Below are positions 48,204 through 57,215 of a DNA stretch of 64,000 bases, in pieces. The notes beneath the pieces are model-generated. The model did not search any database. It was not told the DNA's origin and saw only the letters and a program-made list of their open reading frames with translations. Location: contig JBDRKE010000023.1 in the NCBI GenBank assembly GCA_043814315.1, positions 15,576 through 79,575 on the forward strand, read 5' to 3'. The stretch is from Candidatus Omnitrophota bacterium. Its GTDB lineage: Bacteria > Omnitrophota > Gorgyraeia > Gygaellales > Profunditerraquicolaceae. A program made the position numbers and the translations under genes. Numbering within the stretch: the first letter of the stretch is position 1; the number at the start of each line of letters is the position of its first letter.

Positions 48204-51200
48204 ACCGGTTCGGGAACCAAACTCTTTGGCTCCTTTTCTTTATCTTTCTTTCCTAAATTCTTCGCAAACTTAACGGATACAATCTTAGATATGCCCGATT
48301 CCTCCATAGTGATCCCGTACATCACATCCGCGTTCGTAATGGTTTTCTTGTTGTGGGTGATCACGATAAACTGCGAATAGGAGGCGAATTCCTGCAGCAG
48401 GCAGGCAAAGCGGTCCACATTAGCCTCATCCAGGGCTGCATCAATCTCATCCAATATGCAAAAAGGCGCAGGTTTCACTTTAAATATGGCAAAAATAAGC
48501 GCTATCGCTGACATGGCTTTTTCCCCGCCTGACAGCAACAGAACGTTCTGCAGCTTCTTTCCCGGAGGCCTACAAATGATCTCAATCCCGGACTCTAAAG
48601 GGTCCTGTTCATCCACCAGGAAAATCTGCGCATCTCCTCCGTTGAACAATAACCTGAAGTAATTGCGAAACTCCAGTTTTACTTTTTCAAAAGTCTCTAA
48701 AAACATCTGCTTGGTGATGCGATTGACCTTCAGAATCGCCTGGTGCAAAGACTCTTTGGAACTGTGCAGGTCATTCTGCTGCTCAATCAGGAAGTCATAA
48801 CGCTTCTTTAACTCATCATACTCCTCAATAGCCACAAGGTTTACGGTGCCGTAGGAATCTATTTTGGCTTTCAGGCTTTCTATCTCCCGGAGAAGCTCCT
48901 CTCGGCTTTTTTCCTCGTTAGCAGAGAAATCCTGTGCATTTTCCAGATCCACCTTATAGGATGCCGACATCCTTTCTCTTATGCTGCCATATTTGTATTC
49001 GATATCTTTAAGTTGCATCTGGCATTCGTAAAGGCTGTTTTTGATGATATCCAGTTCTGATTTATGCGATTCTATTTTTTTCACGGTGTCGCTGGCTCCC
49101 GCTGAGGCCTCCATGAACTGGGCTTCAATCTCCTGCAGGCTCTTTTTTTGCTTTTCAATCTCCTGAGTGAATTGATCCATCTGGTTGTGGCAGTTTACAA
49201 TCCCTGATTCCATGGATTCCTTTTTGACTTGAGCCTGCCTGAACTGTTCTTCTATATTGGAAAAGTTATTTTTATCCTGAGAAAATGAATCCTGCAGAAT
49301 CCCCAGGGTCACCTCATCCGAAATCAGCCTTTTTTGCAGGGAATCCAGCTCTGTTTTTATCTGGGTGATAAACACCAGAGCCTCTTCTCTTAACTTGGCG
49401 TTCCTGGATATGTTATTTTCTTCGGCCTGGATCAGGTCCTCGACTTTCCGGTGGTCGCTGTTATAACCCTCCCATTGCGCCTGAGCCACCTTCAGATTAT
49501 CCTCCAAAACAGCAATCTCTTTTTGCACATCCGCCAATTCCATTACGATGAGGTCCTCTTCGTCTTTTATCTTATTAAATTGTTCCCATATGGTGGCCAA
49601 TGTGCTTTCTTTATTTGCCAAAGATATCTCACTGCTGCGTAAAACTTCCTGCAGACGGAAGGCCGTTGTTCCATGCTCCTCAATCTTAAGCTCTTTCTGA
49701 CTCTTCTGTGCCTTTAAAATATCTAAACCGGCCTGGATACCGGCCAATTTTTCATCAAGGGTATGCGTATCCAGCTCTACGGGCTTAGCCTCCCCCGAAA
49801 ATTTAAATTGAGCCTCCTGAAAAACAACCTTATCTTCCAGGCCCATGCTCATCCTATTCTTTATTTTCACCACCAGGCCGCTCAAGTCCCCTGTAGGCAT
49901 TTTATCCAGATAGATAACGGCATTAGAGGCTTCAGCGATGTCTTCGTATTTGGTTTTTAGTTTTTCCAGGAATTCCTTATGGGATTCCAGGGTGAGCTTT
50001 TCTTTTTCCAGGACATCCTTACTGGCATTCATTTGAGCCAAAGCGCTTTTTTCCTGTTCCAGTTCGCTTTTGGCGCAGGCTATCTTAAGATTTAACTCCT
50101 CCACTTCCTGCTTGATAGCGTTGACCTCCTTTGTCACGACATTAAGGCTCTCTTCGGTTGAGGCCCTTTCTTCAAACACCTTGGCCTTTTCGATTTCCAA
50201 TCTTTTTTTTCGGGCAAGATGGATTTCGCGCTTGGCACTAAAGTCAGAAATCTCATTCTTGGCATGGGCGATTCTGGACACCAGTTCCAGGATGTTCTTT
50301 TTCGAATGGGAGATCAGATCCAGGGAATTCTTGATCGCCAAAGAAATATCGTTAATCTTGGTTTCTTTCTCGCTTAAGATGGCGGATTTAGAGGCTATAG
50401 TGTTTTCCAGTCCCGCAAACTCCTGCCTTAAACCATTCAATTTCTCTTCGTCTACAGCCATCCTATTTTTTATCTGCTCGCTTTGCTTTTCCAGATATTT
50501 TAAGTTTTCAACCAATTCCGCAATCCTCTCTATGTTAAAACGCGCCTGCTCCCTGCTCCTGATGACCTGATTCTCTAAGTTTAAAATCAGATTCCGAATG
50601 GAAATCTTATTCTCCTCATGAGCCTTTAATTCGGATTGACGGCTGGCAATGGCCTGCTCGAGCTGGCAAACATCTTCCTGAAGGGCGAGTTTTCTGGATT
50701 CCAAATCATTGCTTTGCCCGCAGAGAGCATCCTTTTGATGAAAAAGCTCGATTTTTTGTAGAACGGATAAGTGAATTTCTTTATTCTTCAGTTGCTCAAA
50801 GACCTCTTTGTATTTTCTAGCTTTGTTGGCCTGGCGCTCGAGGCTGCCGATCTGACGCTTGACCTCCGTAATGATATCATTAACCCTTAACAGATTCTGC
50901 TCTGTCTCTTGCAGCCTCCTCATGGTTTCTCTTTTTTGCGCCTTGTATTTGGTAATGCCGGATGCCTCATCAAATACCAGACGCCTGTCCTCGGGCCTGG
51001 AGCTTAAAACCAGGTCAATCTTGCCCTGCGCCACAATGGAATAACTTTCTGCGCCGATTCCGGTCCCTAAAAGCAGGTCCAGGATATCTTTGAGGCGCAC
51101 AGAGGTCTTGTTCAGCATGTACTCGCTTTCACCGGAACGAAAAAGCCTGCGGGTGATGTTGACCTCGGGATGATCCACGTTGAAAAACCTCTTTTCATTG

Positions 51201-51454
51201 TCAAAAGTCAAAGTGACTTCAGCCATGCCCAAAGGTTCTTTGGCATCCGTGCCGTTGAAAATAACGTCCTGCATATCCGAACCACGCAGGGACCTAGCGG
51301 ATTGCTCTCCCAGGACCCAGCGGATACTATCAAATATATTCGATTTTCCACAGCCATTCGGGCCGACCACAGCCGTAACCCCGGGCTCGAAATGCAAAAT
51401 TGTCTTATCGAAAAACGACTTAAACCCGATGAGTTCTAACCTTTTAAAATACAT
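48200..51454 (-). CDS. smc: Chromosome partition protein Smc
   Basis: 1084 aa with N-terminal Walker A GPNGCGKSN, long coiled coils and hinge, C-terminal LSGGEK signature and Walker B. Confidence 0.93.
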   Translation of the reverse strand: MYFKRLELIGFKSFFDKTILHFEPGVTAVVGPNGCGKSNIFDSIRWVLGEQSARSLRGSDMQDVIFNGTDAKEPLGMAEVTLTFDNEKRFFNVDHPEVNITRRLFRSGESEYMLNKTSVRLKDILDLLLGTGIGAESYSIVAQGKIDLVLSSRPEDRRLVFDEASGITKYKAQKRETMRRLQETEQNLLRVNDIITEVKRQIGSLERQANKARKYKEVFEQLKNKEIHLSVLQKIELFHQKDALCGQSNDLESRKLALQEDVCQLEQAIASRQSELKAHEENKISIRNLILNLENQVIRSREQARFNIERIAELVENLKYLEKQSEQIKNRMAVDEEKLNGLRQEFAGLENTIASKSAILSEKETKINDISLAIKNSLDLISHSKKNILELVSRIAHAKNEISDFSAKREIHLARKKRLEIEKAKVFEERASTEESLNVVTKEVNAIKQEVEELNLKIACAKSELEQEKSALAQMNASKDVLEKEKLTLESHKEFLEKLKTKYEDIAEASNAVIYLDKMPTGDLSGLVVKIKNRMSMGLEDKVVFQEAQFKFSGEAKPVELDTHTLDEKLAGIQAGLDILKAQKSQKELKIEEHGTTAFRLQEVLRSSEISLANKESTLATIWEQFNKIKDEEDLIVMELADVQKEIAVLEDNLKVAQAQWEGYNSDHRKVEDLIQAEENNISRNAKLREEALVFITQIKTELDSLQKRLISDEVTLGILQDSFSQDKNNFSNIEEQFRQAQVKKESMESGIVNCHNQMDQFTQEIEKQKKSLQEIEAQFMEASAGASDTVKKIESHKSELDIIKNSLYECQMQLKDIEYKYGSIRERMSASYKVDLENAQDFSANEEKSREELLREIESLKAKIDSYGTVNLVAIEEYDELKKRYDFLIEQQNDLHSSKESLHQAILKVNRITKQMFLETFEKVKLEFRNYFRLLFNGGDAQIFLVDEQDPLESGIEIICRPPGKKLQNVLLLSGGEKAMSAIALIFAIFKVKPAPFCILDEIDAALDEANVDRFACLLQEFASYSQFIVITHNKKTITNADVMYGITMEESGISKIVSVKFAKNLGKKDKEKEPKSLVPEPV

Positions 51455-51506
51455 GCCATGCTCCTTTCAGCCGCAAGAGTTTACAGTGGCTATGGTAACT
51501 TTATTC

Positions 51507-51683
51507 TCAATGAAGAGTCTTGTTTTCGATCCAAGCATCGATTTTATCTTTTTTGAAACGCCATTGGCCCACAAGCTTTATCGCGGGGATCTTATTATGT
51601 TTCAACCATTCATAGATAGTCCTGCGCGTAACCCTCAGGTAGCCTGCTATATCCTCGATTGTCATCAATTCGCTTTTTACCAT
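51507..51683 (-). CDS. Excisionase/MerR-like helix-turn-helix DNA-binding protein
   Basis: MTIEDIAGYLRVTRRTIYEWLKHNKIPAIKLVGQWRF matches the excisionase-family HTH pattern. Start placed at ATG 51683 (AGGTGA SD); the ORF stays open up to TTG 51743. Confidence 0.65.
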   Translation of the reverse strand: MVKSELMTIEDIAGYLRVTRRTIYEWLKHNKIPAIKLVGQWRFKKDKIDAWIENKTLH

Positions 51684-51776
51684 ATTCTTCACCTGTTGAT
51701 ACGTACGCGGCTTAAAAAAACCGCGTTTTTTATGCGCATTCAATAAGCTTTAGCTTAGAGAAATTTAATGTCACTC

Positions 51777-51805
51777 ATTATAAACAGAGAATCAAAATTT
51801 GTCAA
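51777..51805 (-). promoter_or_regulatory. Consensus sigma70-type promoter upstream of the HTH gene/smc
   Basis: Minus strand reads TTGACA-17 nt-TATAAT (-35 at 51805-51800, -10 at 51782-51777). Confidence 0.6.
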
Positions 51806-51948
51806 GGAGAATATTTACATTCTTTGACATATATATGCAATAAGAATAATTATATCACTTAAAGATGAATAATGATGAAAAATCTTGAGATTGGATTTCT
51901 AACTTTTTTAGTGGGGATTAGTTACTTTGGAAGGGCAGGGGGAGAGAT

Positions 51949-52467
51949 TTAATTCTGGGTAAATACACTTCCCGTTGATGCCGTGTATACGATATTGCCT
52001 GTTACCCCGGGCGTTAGCGGCTCAGCTGAAAAGGCGTAGCCGGAGGCATCAGAAACGCAGGAGTAGCTGTATCCTTTAACCTCTGATTTTGCTCCGTCAA
52101 GATCTGAACAGTAAACAGAAACAGGGTTCAAGAATTCCTGGAACTCACTGACCGTGACAGGATAATGGGCCCGGGAGGCCATTAAGGTTTCCGCAGCCAC
52201 AGAAAGAATCCGAATGTTGCTTCTTGCAGCTGTCTCATTGGCTGCCCTTTTCATGGTAATCAGGCTAGGAATAGCTATCGCCGTCAGAATGGCGATAATG
52301 CTGACCGTAATCATGATTTCGACTAAAGTAAACCCCGTTACACCCCGCCCTAAAGGTCGGGTCCCGTTACAAAGCCATTCATCCGCGGCCTGAAGACCGC
52401 GGCTTTCTGGGTGTAACGGGGTAAAGGCTTCAGATAATTTTTTATTAAAAGGTACGATTTTAGGCAT
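51949..52467 (-). CDS. Type IV pilin / type II secretion pseudopilin-like protein (prepilin N-terminal motif)
   Basis: G|FTLVEIMITVSIIAILTAIAIPSL class III signal motif; unusually long 45-aa leader that contains a MITE-like insertion. Confidence 0.75.
   Translation of the reverse strand: MPKIVPFNKKLSEAFTPLHPESRGLQAADEWLCNGTRPLGRGVTGFTLVEIMITVSIIAILTAIAIPSLITMKRAANETAARSNIRILSVAAETLMASRAHYPVTVSEFQEFLNPVSVYCSDLDGAKSEVKGYSYSCVSDASGYAFSAEPLTPGVTGNIVYTASTGSVFTQN
52333..52421. mobile_element. MITE-like 89-bp element in the prepilin leader region
   Basis: Perfect 13-bp terminal inverted repeats ccccgttacaccc/gggtgtaacgggg, flanked by TAAA on both sides (52329-52332 and 52422-52425). Confidence 0.75.
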
Positions 52468-52489
52468 GATCGGAATAATTTCAATTACT

Positions 52490-52517
52490 ATTATATTACC
52501 CTTATTTATTATGTAAA
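52490..52517 (-). promoter_or_regulatory. Candidate promoter of the prepilin gene
   Basis: Minus strand reads TTTACA-16 nt-TATAAT. Confidence 0.4.
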
Positions 52518-52572
52518 CAGAATTTTTTAAAGAAACCGTAGAATAGGATTGGTGAATTACAAAATGGGAGGA

Positions 52573-52953
52573 TTAATATTTTCTTTGAGATTTTAAGACC
52601 CTTAGAACAATCGAGATAGGTTTTAGTTGAGTGCCTATCAGTTGAATACCGACTCTCTGCTTATCACAAACAAACAGGCCCGACCAGGCGACCCTGCCTT
52701 TTAAATTAATCATCTCTGCGTTATCCACCATCTGTAGGCAGATATCTATGTTTTCTCCCGGCGTTAACTTTTCTTTTGTATCTACAATAATACACAAGCC
52801 TTGCGCACTGATATCGCGCGTGAGCGCACAAGCTGTTTGCTGAGAATTAACTTGTGAGTGGGTTAAAGGTATATTGATCGGAAATCTTGTAAAGGTTCGT
52901 TTTTCTATAAAAGGAGAGCCTTCCATCGTGGACCCTTTTCCATAAACCTCCAT
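52573..52953 (-). CDS. PilZ domain protein (putative c-di-GMP receptor)
   Basis: RTFTR (RxxxR) followed by DISAQG (DxSxxG) at PilZ spacing. Confidence 0.7.
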   Translation of the reverse strand: MEVYGKGSTMEGSPFIEKRTFTRFPINIPLTHSQVNSQQTACALTRDISAQGLCIIVDTKEKLTPGENIDICLQMVDNAEMINLKGRVAWSGLFVCDKQRVGIQLIGTQLKPISIVLRVLKSQRKY

Positions 52954-53093
52954 CGATAATCACCTATCCTATAAAGACGCACCTACCTCAAACTCTTATT
53001 TTTAAAGACTCATCCTATTTCAAATTTACCTTATCTTTTTGCTGATTTCAAGAGGGTTCCGGGGGTTTGCGGAAAGCGCTTTCTTGGCGGGTG

Positions 53094-54290
53094 TTAGCGT
53101 ATTTCTTTGAATTTTTTTGTCAGGGCCGGAACAATTTCAAAAAGGTCCCCCACGATGCCATAGGTGGCTACTTTAAATATGGGGGCGTCGGGGTCTTTAT
53201 TGATGGCAATGATGATCTTTGATGATTGCATGCCCACCAGATGCTGAATCTGCCCGGAAATGCCGCAGGCGATATAAATCTTGGGGGCTACGGTCCGGCC
53301 TGTCTGGCCTACCTGATGCGAATACGGCATCCATCCGGCATCCACGGCTGCGCGCGAAGAACCCACAGCCGCTTTCAATACGTGGGCAAGTTCCTCCAGG
53401 AGCTTAAAATTCTGCGGGCCTCGCATGCCTCTGCCGCCGGAGATAATGATATCCGCTTCAGCTAAATTGACCAGCGCCTCTACCTCTTCAACGATATCCA
53501 AAAGTTTTGTGCGCGAGGCATACAAACGGCTATTAAAACTTTCTTTAATTATCTTGCCCTTGCGATGCTTATCGGGGAACAAAGGCTGCATAACTTTATG
53601 ACGGACGGTCGCCATCTGCGGACGGTAATTAGGGCTGATAATGGTAGCCATGATATTGCCGCCGAAGGCGGGCCTCGTCTGCAAAAGAATCTTCTTCTCA
53701 GGATCAATATCCAGGCCCGTGCAATCCGCGGTTAAGCCTGCGGTAATCTTAATCGCCACGCGGGAGATTAAAGAACGGCCGATAGCCGTTGCTCCGCAGA
53801 GCACGATTTCGGGTTTGTACTTTCGGATAAGCTCAACCAGAATATGGGTATAAGGCTCGTCCTGGAAATGGAATAATTCCGGGGCTTCGACTAAATAAAT
53901 TTTTTCCGCGCCATGCCGGATAAGCTCATCCAGCTGGTCCTCTAGATTGTTTCCGATAAGAACGCCTGCCACCTGACATTTGAGTTTCCCGGCTAACTCC
54001 TGCGCCTTCCCCAGGAGTTCATAGGAAACAGACTGGACCTTTCCTTTCTTCTGCTCGATAAACACCCACACGTCTTTGTAGCCTGAAATATCAGGGGTGA
54101 CGCAGGAGGCCTTTGGCTTTTCCAAAAGAATCGCCTTGAGCTTGCAGACAGGGACGCACGCCCCGCAGAGATTGCACTTGCCAAGGTCTATGACGGCTTT
54201 CTTGTCTTTCAGGCTTATCGCGCCGAAGGGACAGGCCTTTAAGCAAAGTGAACAACCGGTGCATTTATCTAATATAATTTGAATAGGCAT
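53094..54290 (-). CDS. etfA: Electron transfer flavoprotein alpha subunit with N-terminal 2x[4Fe-4S] ferredoxin domain
   Basis: CTGCSLCLKACP and CNLCGACVPVC cluster motifs followed by an EtfA FAD-binding domain. Start at ATG 54290 (MPIQIILDKC). Confidence 0.88.
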   Translation of the reverse strand: MPIQIILDKCTGCSLCLKACPFGAISLKDKKAVIDLGKCNLCGACVPVCKLKAILLEKPKASCVTPDISGYKDVWVFIEQKKGKVQSVSYELLGKAQELAGKLKCQVAGVLIGNNLEDQLDELIRHGAEKIYLVEAPELFHFQDEPYTHILVELIRKYKPEIVLCGATAIGRSLISRVAIKITAGLTADCTGLDIDPEKKILLQTRPAFGGNIMATIISPNYRPQMATVRHKVMQPLFPDKHRKGKIIKESFNSRLYASRTKLLDIVEEVEALVNLAEADIIISGGRGMRGPQNFKLLEELAHVLKAAVGSSRAAVDAGWMPYSHQVGQTGRTVAPKIYIACGISGQIQHLVGMQSSKIIIAINKDPDAPIFKVATYGIVGDLFEIVPALTKKFKEIR

Positions 54291-54401
54291 CTTAGCAAAT
54301 TCCAAGTACCAAGCTCCAAACTCCAAACTTTTATTTCGGTCATTGAGATTTCGGTTATTGGAGCTTGTTTGGGATTTGGAATTTGAAATCTGGGATTTAA
54401 C
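54291..54401. repeat. Word-built hairpin (ctccaaa / tttggag words), etfB|etfA gap
   Basis: caaattccaagtaccaagctccaaactccaaac opposite ttggagcttgtttgggatttggaatttgaaatctgggattt. Confidence 0.8.
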
Positions 54402-55184
54402 TTATACAATTTCATTTTTTAACAATGTTGCTAACTTTTCTACTACTTCCTGAGTCTCGCCGCGAAGCATCTGCCCGCCGGTTCTGGGCGCAGGAGAAAA
54501 TATTTTTAAGACCTGTGTCGGAGAACCGCAGAGGCCGATTTTCCGGGGGTCCAGATCAAGTTCTTTCTGCGACCATAAAATGATTTTGGCGGATTTTGAT
54601 CGCATCAAACCTTTGAGGGAAGGCAGCCTCGGTTCATTGATCTCCTTAACCACGGTAAGCAAAGCCGGCAATGGCGTCTCAATGATTTCAAAGCCCTCTT
54701 CCATCATCCTTTCCACGCGCATACTTTTATCCTTAACCTCTTCTATCTTTTTGACATACGTAACCTGAGGGATATCCAGATGCGTTGCAATACCCGGGCC
54801 CACTTGTGCCGTATCTCCGTCAGAGGCTTGCTTACCGCAGACAATCAGATCAAAAGAGCCTATTTTCTTGATAGCTCCGGATAGCGTATAACTCGTAGCC
54901 CACGTATCGCTTCCTGCAAAGGCACGGTCGCAGATAAGAATCCCCTCATCCGCTCCTATGGAAATGGCTTCCCTTAAAGCCGCCTCTGCCTGGGGAGGCC
55001 CCATGGTCAAAACCGTAACCTTTCCCCCCCATTTCTCCTTCAGGCGTACTCCTTCTTCAATGGCATACATATCAAAAGGATTGATGATAGACTTCACCCC
55101 TTCGCGGACCAGGGTGTTGGTCTCGGGATTGATTTTGACTTCGGTTGTTTCGGGAACCTGTTTAATGCAGACGATTATGTTCAT
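54402..55184 (-). CDS. etfB: Electron transfer flavoprotein beta subunit
   Basis: MNIIVCIKQVPE... and GKQASDGDTAQVGP block; no SD, preceded by the family-1 element. Confidence 0.9.
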   Translation of the reverse strand: MNIIVCIKQVPETTEVKINPETNTLVREGVKSIINPFDMYAIEEGVRLKEKWGGKVTVLTMGPPQAEAALREAISIGADEGILICDRAFAGSDTWATSYTLSGAIKKIGSFDLIVCGKQASDGDTAQVGPGIATHLDIPQVTYVKKIEEVKDKSMRVERMMEEGFEIIETPLPALLTVVKEINEPRLPSLKGLMRSKSAKIILWSQKELDLDPRKIGLCGSPTQVLKIFSPAPRTGGQMLRGETQEVVEKLATLLKNEIV

Positions 55185-55435
55185 TAATGAGCAGATAACT
55201 TATATCGTTCTTAAGAACGATATAAGTTATAGCGTCCCTTATTTTATTTGTTTATCAGCGTCTGCGAATTAACCCCCCACCACTTTTTGAACAGACGCTT
55301 GAGATAAAATTTACGGTATGGCTTTTCCCCACGCCATATTTAACAAAACCCTCACTAGCTACAAAAAGTGGTGGGGGGTAAGTTCGGCCAGACAACTTAA
55401 CTTCACTATCGTTCGTTAAGTTGTGGCCTTACTTA
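55185..55435 (-). repeat. Junction element family 1, divergent full copy, acyl-CoA DH|etfB
   Basis: Same module-B stem; modules A and C have different sequence but the same hairpin positions. Confidence 0.85.
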
Positions 55436-56584
55436 CTTCGCCATTTCCTTGATTAATTGTAGGGCGATGATGTTGCGCTGAATCTGATTTGTCCCTTCGT
55501 AGATCTGGGTGATTTTGGCATCGCGCATGTATTTTTCTGCCGGGTACTCCTTCATATAACCGTAACCGCCCAGAATCTGCACCGCATCGGTCGTAACCTT
55601 CATGGCAACGTCAGAGGCATACATTTTAGCCATCGCCGAATCCTTAGCCACATCCTTGACCCCCGCATCAATTTCTCTCGCGCAGGCATAAACCAGAGAA
55701 CGAGCTGCTTCAACCTGTGTGGCCATATCCGCCAGCATCCATTGGATGCCCTGAAAACTGGAAATGGATTTTCCGAATTGGTGCCTTTCCTTGGCGTATT
55801 TGACAGCCACTTCGAGCGAGCCCTGTGCAATGCCCAGCGCCTGAGCAGCTACACCCGGCCTTGACATATCAAAGGTTTTCATAGTCACGATAAAACCCAA
55901 GCCTTCTTTAGACAACAGATTTTCTTTGGGAATTTTGCAATCCGTAAATATCAATTCCCGGGTGGAGGAAGCACGAATCCCCAGCTTCTCTTCTTTTTTT
56001 CCGAAGGTAAACCCCGGCGTGCCTTTTTCTACGATAAAAGCCGAAGCGCCCCTGGCTCCCCTGGTTTTATCCGTCATGACAACCACAACGTAAGTTTCGG
56101 CGTCTCCTCCGTTTGTAATGAAGTGTTTCAGGCCGTTAAGAATATAATGGTCTCCTTCTTTTTTAGCCGTGGTCTTAATGGCAGAGGCATCAGAACCTGC
56201 CTCAGGCTCGGTGATGCCAAAGGCGGCGATTTTTTTACCGCTGGCCAGATCCGGAAGATATTTCTTTTTCTGCTCTTCATTTCCAAAAAGTATAATCGGA
56301 AACGTGCCTAAGGCTGAGGCCGCATAGCAGACCGCAATACCGCCGCAGGCACGGGATAACTCTTCTGTCACCAGGCATAATTCCAATACGCCGGTGCCAG
56401 TTCCGCCGTATTCGCTGGGCACAAATATGGAAAACAAATCGGACTGCGCTAAGATTTTAATGATATCCCAGGGATATTCTTCGGATTCGTCATATTTGGC
56501 GGCGGCAGGCTTCACCTTTTCTTCGGCAATCTTACGCGCGAGCGCCTGAATCATCATTTGTTCGTCAGTCAGTAAATAATCCAT
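55433..56584 (-). CDS. Acyl-CoA dehydrogenase (butyryl-CoA dehydrogenase-like)
   Basis: 383 aa, ACAD family blocks (GITEPEAGSD, catalytic-base region YEGTNQIQ); upstream of etfBA. Confidence 0.88.
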   Translation of the reverse strand: MDYLLTDEQMMIQALARKIAEEKVKPAAAKYDESEEYPWDIIKILAQSDLFSIFVPSEYGGTGTGVLELCLVTEELSRACGGIAVCYAASALGTFPIILFGNEEQKKKYLPDLASGKKIAAFGITEPEAGSDASAIKTTAKKEGDHYILNGLKHFITNGGDAETYVVVVMTDKTRGARGASAFIVEKGTPGFTFGKKEEKLGIRASSTRELIFTDCKIPKENLLSKEGLGFIVTMKTFDMSRPGVAAQALGIAQGSLEVAVKYAKERHQFGKSISSFQGIQWMLADMATQVEAARSLVYACAREIDAGVKDVAKDSAMAKMYASDVAMKVTTDAVQILGGYGYMKEYPAEKYMRDAKITQIYEGTNQIQRNIIALQLIKEMAK

Positions 56585-56755
56585 TGAACCTCCTCAATTT
56601 GCCCTCTATAGCAGATTCAACAAATTGATCCCGAGTATCCAGCTACTGCTTCTGTGATACGAGGGACTAATTTGCCCGCATCCAGAGGTTCGTAAAATTG
56701 ATCCCGAGCTTACGAATAAAATTTCACTGAAATTTTCAAGTGTTTAAGCGAGGGA
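56585..56755 (-). repeat. Leader repeat family 2, two tandem units upstream of the acyl-CoA dehydrogenase gene
   Basis: Two units, each with TCCCTCG..CTCGGGATCAATT..GGGCAAATT. The distal unit is close to the rpsP copy in the GAAAATTTCA..GAAATTTT segment. Confidence 0.75.
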
Positions 56756-56765
56756 TTTCAGTTCG

Positions 56766-57215
56766 TTATAATATCTTGACCATGGCGATTTCCTTACAAT
56801 TGGGGAATTTGCAACAGTTGATGCACTCGGCCCAGATCTTATGAGGCAGGTCGGAATTCTTGACCCTCACAAATCCAAATTTCTTAAAATAGCTGGGTTT
56901 GTAGGTAAGCACAAAAACTCTTCCCGCCCCCATCCGCAGGGCTTCATCTAAACAGGCACAAACCAGATCCCTGCCGATTCCTTTTTTCTGTTTTGACCTC
57001 TCCACGGCCACGGATTTGATTTCAGCCAGATCATCCCAGGATAAATGCAAGGCCGCGCAACCTACGACTTTTCTGCCCTCTTTGGCTATCCAGAAATCGC
57101 GCAGGTTTTCGTAAAGCTCATTAAGCGATCTGGGCAGCATCAGATCCTTCTTGGCAAAATAATTGATGAGCCCCTGAATCTCCTTGATATCCTGAATCTT
57201 CGCCTTCCTAATCAT
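56766..57215 (-). CDS. GNAT-family N-acetyltransferase
   Basis: Acetyl-CoA binding block RSKQKKGIGRDLV; 149 aa; ATGA overlap with the glgC stop. Confidence 0.75.
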   Translation of the reverse strand: MIRKAKIQDIKEIQGLINYFAKKDLMLPRSLNELYENLRDFWIAKEGRKVVGCAALHLSWDDLAEIKSVAVERSKQKKGIGRDLVCACLDEALRMGAGRVFVLTYKPSYFKKFGFVRVKNSDLPHKIWAECINCCKFPNCKEIAMVKIL

